Source: Octopus sinensis (lineage: Eukaryota). Taken from it: DNA of 64,000 nucleotides. Numbering within the stretch: position 1 is the stretch's first letter; each line of letters starts with the position of its first letter. Location of the stretch: the NCBI RefSeq assembly GCF_006345805.1, contig NC_043000.1, positions 19,158,001-19,222,000 on the forward strand, in the 5' to 3' direction. The notes under the pieces were generated by a model. The model ran no database searches. It was not told the origin of the DNA and was given only the letters and a program-made list of their open reading frames with translations. The translations under genes were made by a program, and so were the position numbers. Of this stretch, positions 54,325 through 64,000 are shown piece after piece.

Positions 54325-54718
54325 TCTTTATATATAAAAGTAAGGTTGTGCGTCTGTCTACTCCAATTTAGATTCCTAACTACTCCCACATTTTGCGGTG
54401 CAGTTTAACCAAAACCGGGTATCTTATAGTCGTGATTCATATCGAGCCCTTCTGGGTATTAGCGCGCGTTTACGATGAGTCTACGATTTAAAAAATAATC
54501 TACCATCATTTTTTTCCATTTTAATGCATATTTTTTTAAATATAAGGGAAGTAACACTCTAAAAATGTCTACGATGAGTCAACGATTTAAAAAATATTTA
54601 CCATCATATTTTTTCCATTTTTAATGCATTTTTTTGCTATTTTTTGGCTACAACTCTCTAAAAATGCTTTATAGTTATTTCCCTTACAAATCCGAGTAAC
54701 GCCGGGCGATACTGCTAG
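54325..54718 (+). mobile_element. Non-autonomous Helitron H1
   Basis: A|TC ... CTAG|T. Confidence 0.88.
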
Positions 54719-55056
54719 TATATAATAAAATAGGGTAATAATAGATTATTATTACCAGTGGCCTAGCACAAAAAACGAATTAGTCATTAGACTATATATT
54801 ATTTATATAGAAATACAATACGAGGCTTCCAAATAGGAAAGCGTTGTGCTAGAAAGAGCAGTAGAAATCTCAAAAACCACAAAAAAGGATAAATTCACGA
54901 AAGGAATGAAAATTAAAAACGTTTGCCATCTCAACTATTTGAGATGGTAAACATTTTTAATTTTCATTCCTTTCGTGAATTTATCCTTTTTTTGAGGTTT
55001 TTGAGACTTCTACTGCTCTTTCCAGCACAACTCTTTCCTATTTGGAAGTTTTTTTT

Positions 55057-55103
<47 letters not shown>

Positions 55104-56663
55104 AAAATAGACGAAAATTCTTTCAGGCAGAAGCTCCCGCCAAAGAAAGATGGAAGCTGATGGACTGTTTACAGCGTGGAATTATTTTGATCTAACCACT
55201 ATTCTTGAGAAAAAATTTTAAAACTTTGTTATGTATAGTTAGAATGCGTAGATTAAATACAGAAACTGTCCAATATCATCAAGAGAGACACACGGAATCA
55301 ATTTTTTGATTGAGAATAATAAAAGCTGAAGAAAATTTTCATACTGCTTTAATTGTGTAATAGTGTAAAGATTCCAGTATAGTTACATCCTTCAGGGATA
55401 CTAGTTATGACTGGAACAAGAAGTTCTTTAGTCGTGCCTACTCTATCACTCATCTGTCAAAAGGATATAGGTTCGTGCGCTTAGAACACGCCCTTGACTA
55501 TACGAGTACGATTTCAGACAAAGATAAAGCTAAAAGGTTCAATATGGCAGGTATCTATTTATAGCTCTAGTCAGTGTTAGAAAATTTTACTGTTATAAAT
55601 GTCCGGACCTTCAGAATTGCAGCCTTCGGTCCTGCATCCGATATATTCCAAACAACAGCCAATGTTAATTACAGACATTAACCTCTGTCATGTATAGTTA
55701 AGTTGCATACATAAAAAACAAAGTCCTTTTGCGGGATCTGGAGTGTATCAACTGTCACGACCCACCAACAATAAGAAAACGAATTACATAATGCATAGAA
55801 TGATACATACATACATACATACATACATACATACATACATACATACATACATGTAAATATAGATTTACATCTATATTATATCTAGATACACACTCTCACT
55901 CTCTTAGCTGGACGTAATTTTCTGTCGCCTTTCCCCCCCCCCCCACCTTTTTTTCTCTTCTACTATTTACTTCTCTTGGATTTATTCTAAATATTTTCAA
56001 AATTTCTCCCAGGCGTTACGCATTACACTGCGGTTTGGCCTCACGGCCCTTAATGTTTCTTTTCGTTGATTATTTACTCTGTACGTACACACTGTTACTG
56101 TTTGTTCGTTCGAAGCTCTAACTCTCCAGAAATCTTATATTTTAAAATTTCTGGAAGCTACTATTTATGACGTTTTCCTATATTGTCATTGAAAGCTTGA
56201 AATAGGTAGTATTTAACAGTTGACAACTGAGGAGAGGTTAGGCTTCTTTTGGTAATTTTTCCCGTACTTGTCTCTCGTGTGTTTATGTGTTTTTCACTCG
56301 TTGAAGGTCTGTTCTGATAGTATCTGTTTTGGTAATTTGTCCTCTACTTATCGCAGCCAATGTTAATTACAATCACTAACCTCTGTTAAGTATAGTTAAA
56401 TTGCATACATCAAAAACAAAGAATTTTTGCGGGGACTTTATGCCACATCAAAGAGGCAGGTGAATTTTACTACTAGTTTAACCCCAGGCAGATTCTCCGC
56501 CAGTTGGTTTTTGATGCAATGTTCTGCATCCTTTATACACAACTAGCAGTATAACCCGGCCTTGCCCGGGATTAAGTTACGATTATTAAGTTAATCAAGT
56601 TCTTTTTTCAAACCAAACTAAGTAATATAGACGTCAAATTGGGCGAAATCCGTTGAAATTAGT

Positions 56664-56712
<49 letters not shown>

Positions 56713-56765
56713 ATATATATATAATATAATATAAATATATATGGGCAACAGACACGAACACACAT

Positions 56766-56800
<35 letters not shown>

Positions 56801-57865
56801 GGAATGAGACAGTATAAGCACGGTTTTCTTTACGAAGGTTGTGGGCAGAAAGACACATTATCTTTCATCAGGTGTCAGCGACGAGAGTCTAACTACTAAT
56901 GATTCCATTCCTATAATATTCACTTCCGAGAGCCATATTATTAACAAAACGTTGCTACATCCTATTGTATTTCAACAACTGTTTGCTAGAAAGATAATAA
57001 AATTCCTCTGATGAAATGAATTATGGTTTCGTGTTGTGATATATTTGTATCTCAGGATGCCTAGAACAAGTGTTTTGTTCTAAATACATAATGTGCCTAT
57101 ATTTATATTAATATGGTAGATCTAAAAATGAGGCTAGTTTATAGTAACATATTCTGAAATAGGAATATATTCGTTGATCAGTAAAATAAGCAATTCTTTC
57201 GTTCAACATATGATAAGAGCAATAGTTTAAAATCAAAACCAACAGTAGAAATCATGGAATCCCTCATTACAAAAATACACATTTTATTAAAAAGTTTAAT
57301 TCTTACACACGTTTCTTGGAAATTATTCACAAAGCCATTGAAGCAACTTGTATAAAGGTGACACATTCACAAGCCCCATTTCTTTACAGTATTAACACGT
57401 GGCTTTGACAAACTGTTGTATCGAAATCTTGCATTTTTGTCCAATCTTCCTTATTCATGTCTTAAACGTTGATTTGCCATTCTTTTTATTTTAGAACATA
57501 TTTAGTATTAAAATAATTTGGAAGAAGGTGAAAAAGTACGACAATTGTCGACAAAGTACAAATTGTAATAAAGTACAAATAGTTTTGTATATATGAAAAT
57601 ATAAAAAAATATTCCATAGAAATGTTAAGCATACGAAAGAAAAACAGTTCTAAATTTTCAGCTTCCAATTTTGCTGTTTGTTTATAGTTGTGTCATTTTT
57701 GTGTCTTTTTCTTTTCTGTGATTGTAATTTCAAACAATAAAGGTTTATCTCCAAAAATGGAGTTTAAAATACTTGTGCGAAAGTTGTCTGTGGAAGCAAT
57801 TGAAAAACTTTCGAAACATAGTATATATATATTCTACAATGAAAAGGCAGCTGAAGAGAAGGTAC

Positions 57866-58426
57866 GTGTACAGATTCTACTTGTAAAACGCGATGGCAAA
57901 GAATCTTCCAGGGTGTCGTAGGAGTGTACTTTAATAACGTTATCTCCTTTGGCAATATGTCTGTATAAAAGTGGCATATGTATATCCTCGCCTATTGCAA
58001 CTGCGTAGACACTAATTCCGTCCAATAAAACTTTTTTTATCTCATCTGAAAGGTCAGGTTCGTGCAATTCTACAGTACTGTCGATAAAAACGAAGGCGAC
58101 CTTACGAGTATCACCACCTGTTGATGAATATGATCCACCGCTGGAAAATATATCTTCATGAATTCGTCGGAACATACTACTTAATGGTCTGGACTGAACG
58201 CTCTTCATTCGCTCGATAAGTTCATTTGTGTCATCAATTGAACCGACTGATATATCTTGGTCTGCAGGACAGTCGTCAAAAGTAATACCAATTTGGAAAG
58301 GGCCCCCAGCACCAAGTCTTTTAATAATCTCAGAAGCTGCTTGGAGAATCTTATTAGTTTTCCATTGGCCAAAGCGATTTCTGCTGATCATAAATATTAC
58401 ATCTGTTGGTTGCGTGGCATTGCAAA
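57866..58426 (-). CDS. Exon encoding a divergent VWA domain lacking the MIDAS DxSxS motif
   Basis: Acceptor ctttcag|TT at 58426; CNATQPTDVIFMISRNRFG...FQIGIT...RKVAFVFID...GISVYAVAIG...RIC. The donor C|GTACCT at 57866 is weak; otherwise the frame stops at 57834. Confidence 0.75.
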
Positions 58427-61400
58427 CTGAAAGTAAAAGAAAAGAAATTGATTAAAAAACAAATTAAAGATAACATCTTTAATATTTATTCGTGTATTAA
58501 AATGAGAGTTCAGATAATCTAGTCAGATAATCTAATGTTGTTACCCAACAACCAAGCAAGGAGTTGGTGGTTTGTTTCTTGCTAGCGGTAGTACGAACTG
58601 TTCATAGACAAAACCATGAGCTTTCAAAGTCCTAATGGCTAATCTGCCTGCCATGTTAAACGCCTCCACCTCCTCATTGGAGTATTTTTTATAGAAGATC
58701 ACTCTACTACAAGCTTTTGAGCCAGAACCATCTCTGCCCACTTCTTTTCGACATAAATTTTCCTGTAAATTTTCGGGTTGTGCATCAGTGACTTCAATAT
58801 CAGCATGTTATATAATCTATCATTGCAGTGAAATACACGGGAGGATTGTAAATCCATTGCCTTGTAGTTTTGAGTTCAGTTCCAAATGCAGTTTGAGCAA
58901 TCTGCGACAGATTAGTGTCTTTATTCAGAGATTTCTTACTCATCCATTAAACATGGAGGTAACCATTAGTCAATGGGAAACAAAGGCCTGTGAAAGTGAT
59001 TAATTAGAATTTTGAATATGAGAATTAAAGGGAACTTAAATGCAAAAAGGCATTTCGTATAACTGCCCTCCTATTCTACAATTCAATATTACTAACAATA
59101 ATTATAAATACATACTTGTTAAATTCCATGAGGATGCGAGCTTATTAAGCCGGTAGTTTATAATAAAATTTTTGCAATCAAAATATGAGAAATTAACTCT
59201 GTATAATTCAACCAAGATTTTAAGATCATAGATAGTACCCCAACAGTTTGAGAATTAAATGTGGTGATTAATTTTGTCTCTATTTGATATCATTCGTTTC
59301 TCTAATAAGCTGAGTCTTAATTAATTCGTAGCTCTTAAATTTTACCGAACAAGAAATTCATTTTGCTTGAAATAATCTGAAAAATTTCAGTAATTTCTAG
59401 TGGTGGGACTGCAGTAGTAGTAAGAAGGGTGAGGCGGTGGAGAACTAGAATAACGTTGAATTCACTGAATCAATAGAATGTCCGATTAAATATCTTCGAA
59501 TATTTACATTTTTATATTACAATTGATGGAGCTGTCATTCACTTAACCTGATAATACATTACACCAGCTAAGTGCAAACACTAAGTGATCTATGACGATT
59601 AGCTCCAGCAGCAAAAGATGATTCACTTGCTACCCTTCCCACACAGTTATTCAAACGAATGGAACCTTTCCCTGGAATATAATTAAGCTAATGTTGAAAC
59701 TGCATGAAAATAACATTATTTACAATATCTGAATGTATTCACTAATAATTATCGAATTTGTGATGCTCCTTCACCAGTGCGTTTCAGCAAATCAACAACC
59801 GGGTTATCAAAGGATACACCTTTGTGCACTCAGCAAACTACAGACTTTCCTATATTCCAATTTGTCCGTTGTTAAAAGAATTCCTGTTAACATTTAATAA
59901 TTTCGCAATCAACATGGCTCGGCAAGCAGTCATTTCTCTAACGAGAGAGTTTCATAGTGCTCTTTTTACTTTTTTTATGACATCCTAACACATACAATAT
60001 TGCCAGATCTTTACTCGAGAGACGAGGAAACCCTTGTAAGAACAGGAAACACTTCAGCTCTCATCAGTTGCTCTCCTCTACAAAACAAAGATCATACATA
60101 TATTGGAGGACTGTTCCTCTATGTGGTCCAGTCTCGCTGCTGTTGCTACTCCTGCCACTGCTATTTCTGCTGCTATTACTACAGCTAGTGCAGCTACTGC
60201 ATACACGAACATTCGGAGCCTCATCCAAAAGACTATATGGTAGAAATCCACTCACTAATGCAACCAACTCACTGCCATGCCTATTTTCTGGTTTCTGTCC
60301 TGTCTAAATCGAGTATTGTTCTTGTAAGCTTGCTAGTTGCAACCCTTCTCCAATAGTCGACACTTTTGTCTTTTCTGTTCTTGCTATCCCTAAAGTGTTT
60401 TACCCTTCAGATACCGCACTAGTTACTTTCTCTAATTCCTTTTGTTTTAATTCGCTCCTCAATAATTTCTTTCCTATACGAGATGTTCCACAACCATTCG
60501 TAATCTATGTCACCGGTCTGAGAAGTTGTGCAAAGGTCATAAGTTTTGTTCCTCATACTCTAGATCATTAATAAAATATTCGACTATTCGACTAAGATAA
60601 TTTTATTCTATAAATAAACTAATAATATAAATACTTGTTTGAAATATTTTTAGATTGGCTTCTGAAAACAAGCACACGGCCTATAATTAATAGATGCATT
60701 CTCAGCTGTATAAGAATTCCAATAACTCCGTGTGTCAATGACAAAAATGCTTCCAGTGACACAGAAACAGTAACAGAAAGGCACAATATTATACATTTCT
60801 TTTACATAATACATATATGCATTTTCAACGTATACATATAATGCATACACATTATATAATTATTGTATACATGTATATAGATACACACATAGATACTCTC
60901 TCTCTCTCCTTTCTCTCTCTCTCTCCTTTCTCTCTCTCTCCTTCTATCTCTCTCCTTTCTCTCTCTCCTCTCTCTCTAATACATTCCGTCACTCAGAGGA
61001 ATTGGTTAGTAAGCCTACCGCAGTAGTTTCCAATTATTGGTTAACAGATAATTGACTGTAATCAAATCATTAAAAATATAGCATTCAGATCAGAGCAGTT
61101 GGCTACTGTAAGTGTGATTGACCAGTGTTGTTTTTGGATAAGCAATTTTGTATTCAAACTATCTCGGCGATGAAGCAGTACTGTAACAGCTAACAACAAC
61201 AGTAACAAAGAGTTTTTTAATTATTTAAGCACCTAGGATTTTCTTTGGATTCCTTTACGAACTCATGTCTTAAAATAGACATCTAAAATATATCTTGTTT
61301 TTTCAAAAGGATTGAAGCTCACCTGTTTGTGAAAATGGACATTGTCAATTATATCGATCTCAGTATTTTAATGTTATTTTATATCGGCGATACGGGGGAA

Positions 61401-61555
61401 ATGAAAATTAAATTTGGACTAAGTGGAGTTCATAACCTGGGCGAATTTAGGCATCGCATTTACTGCAATACCCCTATGTCTTATAGTGGTTGAGCCTTAG
61501 TATATGGCATATAGATTCATAGCAATAAAGAAAAACAAACAAATGAGCAACTTAC

Positions 61556-62152
61556 AAGTCTGGTCTTTTGGAGTGATCTGCATCGGAGCTGCACATGTTT
61601 TACGGGTTAGAATTTCAGTACTTTGCATCACAGCATCAAATGTTGCTTCATTATGGATGAACTCCTTGGAAGGTTCACTTGCAATGTCTCTGATTTCAAC
61701 CGGATCAATATTCAAACCAATGCTGACTACGAATATCCTAACTCCGGACTTTTTCAATAGATAAGCTTCTTCTCTGGTTTTTTCATAATCGCTTGATTGT
61801 CCATCGGTAAATACAAAAAGGATTTTGCCTGCATCAGGACGTTTTCTACCCATATTAAATGCTTCTGTCCTTACTTTTTCGAGAGCCTTTCCAGTCTTTG
61901 TCCCTCCGCCGATAAAAATGATCTTTTTCATGTTATAAAGGATTTCCGTTTTTGTTCTCAATTGCCCTATTTTAAATATAGGGATATATTGGTGACTGTA
62001 AATTGATACTCCGACTTGAGTCTTGTGGGGACCCACGTCAAATCTTCGTATCATTAAACTCACAACATTTATTTGCTTCTTCAAGTTCACGTCACGAATA
62101 CTGGAAGAACTGTCCAACAGAAACAGAATGTCTACTTTCTTGTTCTGGCAAG
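61556..62152 (-). CDS. Exon encoding a VWA domain with intact MIDAS
   Basis: Acceptor accag|CT at 62152 and donor T|GTAAGT at 61556; 597 bp, phase 1-1. CQNKKVDILFLLDSSSS...GGGTKTG...ILFVFTDGQS...IFVVSIG. Confidence 0.92.
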
Positions 62153-62242
62153 CTGGTTTTTGTGGTTAAAGAGAGAATTAAAAGAAAAATGAGAATTAGT
62201 CATATTTGTGAAAAGCAAGAACAACTACAACAGCGACAGTAC

Positions 62243-62305
62243 CTCCAGAAGCGACAATATTGGCATAAATGAACCGATGATAAAGCCTCTGCGTAGTCAC
62301 ATAAC
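62243..62305 (-). CDS. Possible 63-bp linker exon upstream of the first VWA exon
   Basis: ttgtagcag|GT...GAG|GTACTG, phase 1-1, open frame YVTTQRLYHRFIYANIVASG; the 90-bp intron below has a GACTAAT branch-like motif. Confidence 0.3.
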
Positions 62306-62446
62306 CTGCTACAAATAACACAAATTTTCATTAAACGGCAGTTTAACCTCTTCATTACAAAGAGAACGAAGGATTAGAAAGTGCTTAAAAATGGGTTGGT
62401 TAGGGCTGGAATGCAAGGATTTGAACTCAAAGCTGAAAGGGATGTT

Positions 62447-62530
62447 GAAGAAGAAGAAGAAGAAGAAGAAGAAGAAGAAGAAGAAGAAGAAGAAGAAGAA
62501 GAAGAAGAAGAAGAAGAAGAAGAAGAAGAA
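62447..62530. repeat. (GAA)n microsatellite
   Basis: 28 perfect units. Confidence 0.95.
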
Positions 62531-63381
62531 AAAGAAGTTAGTGTGATCAGTAATTTTAATTATACACAAATGTAATTGTCTTAACTAAATGAATAAGCTC
62601 AAAAGTAAATAGACGAATGAATAGATAAATAAATCTGAATATAAGTAAAAACAGTATAAATAATTTGAAGAGTATACAGAAAAGATTGTACTCGTATATT
62701 GTCAAACACCAAAACGTACTGCGTAAAACTCAAGTCATTGTTAATGAACCTCAAATGTAATTGAAAGTAAATATGAAAATAAAAAGTATATACAGGAAAT
62801 AGAATGCTTATAAGTGTATTGACACAAGGCTAATGTTTATCAGCGGAAGTTTAATTCAGTGAGTTTGTGTTAATATATATGATAGCAATTACAAAAAAAA
62901 AAAAGATGACTTCAGCTTGACTTGAACTCAGAATGTAGTCTACTATTTAGATTGAAAGAAAGGAAAAAGCCATTTCAATGAATTGCGTTGGCTATTTTGA
63001 GAATATCTAAAATGGAAGACGTTGAAAATAGGTGAAGTGTGTAAGACAAAGTATGCAACTATAGATTTCAACCACAAAAGTCTAAATCATTACGAAATAA
63101 AGCCCGCAAGTATCAAGAAATCTTTAAGGCAACATAGAGTTTATTATTTACCTCATATGCAGGCTTTGAAATAGTGTCCAACAGACCAGAAATCATTATA
63201 AATACATGTTAACTGAAGAAAATATTTACGAATTTTGAAACTTGTTACACTTCGAGAAAACAGCCATTTTAAGACCATTCGCATATTTAACAAGGTTCTA
63301 TACTTGCTAGGAATGATCAAACTAAAACAAACATATATTTTTCTGTATTAGTAGAAAGAAAGAAAGAAAGAAAGAAAGAAA

Positions 63382-63412
<31 letters not shown>

Positions 63413-64000
63413 GGGTGTCGATTTTGTCGTTCTTGCTCGAAGATAAACTACGAAATCAAATGAAGTGGACCATGAAAGTATCCAAGGGAGATCTTTACCT
63501 TTTATTGGATTAAATATATTATATTGTAATGCAATTTATAAAAATATATATATATAAATGTATGCAAATTAAGGAAACCACAGCACTCAGAAAATCAGCA
63601 AAAGTCAAAATAAATAACTATAAGGCAAATTTGTGTTAAGAATCTGAAATTGAAATTGAATCTAGGGAATGTGCATTAGAAATATTTGACGGTATACTTA
63701 CACTATTAAACATAAAAATATAACATTCGTATAAAAAATACAGCATAAAATAACATGGCCAGTGACATTTATTCATAAATTTGAAATATTGATATCCTTT
63801 GATTAAACTGAAAAAATTTATAGTTTAAAAAGTGGTGAAGAGGGTTGCTTTAAGTTTCATGAATTTCCCGATGATATTAACAATGTAAGCTGGACTATGA
63901 TACGGTATCGATGGAATTTTACTTTTCACTTAACACCGCTCGACACGACAAAATAAGAAATATGGTAAATATTGAATGATGAACATTGATATGAGAGGTA

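Noticed and set aside
58541-58741. 66-aa ORF as an additional exon; shares FNMAG with a frame near 55540
   Set aside because: No convincing splice sites or domain match, and a five-residue similarity is insufficient.

Overview
Repeat-dense animal genomic DNA, very probably an octopus (inferred from its tRNA-derived SINE families and extreme microsatellite load). The only supportable host gene is on the minus strand: three phase-1/phase-1 exons each encoding one von Willebrand factor A domain (62152-61556, 58426-57866, 10179-9640), possibly with a 63-bp linker exon and a 47.7-kb intron. The rest is SINEs (three main families, several with TSDs), non-autonomous Helitrons, decayed Tc1/mariner and LINE fragments, and simple repeats. 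The most notable signal is three (TA)n-embedded, tail-to-tail fold-back elements that each carry a type I hammerhead ribozyme motif. Two are tandem arrays with one hammerhead per unit: ~481 bp at 23222-25311 and ~546 bp at 40319-44129. The third is a single-unit relative at 3603-4216. This resembles retrozyme or non-autonomous Penelope-like elements. The 546-bp array has a U4C core, and both arrays have a U.U pair at 10.1/11.1. The 546-bp and 3603-4216 elements also share a second covarying RNA structure next to their ends. Four more minimal Penelope-type hammerheads with variant cores are present. All structures and alignments were done by eye and none has been tested.
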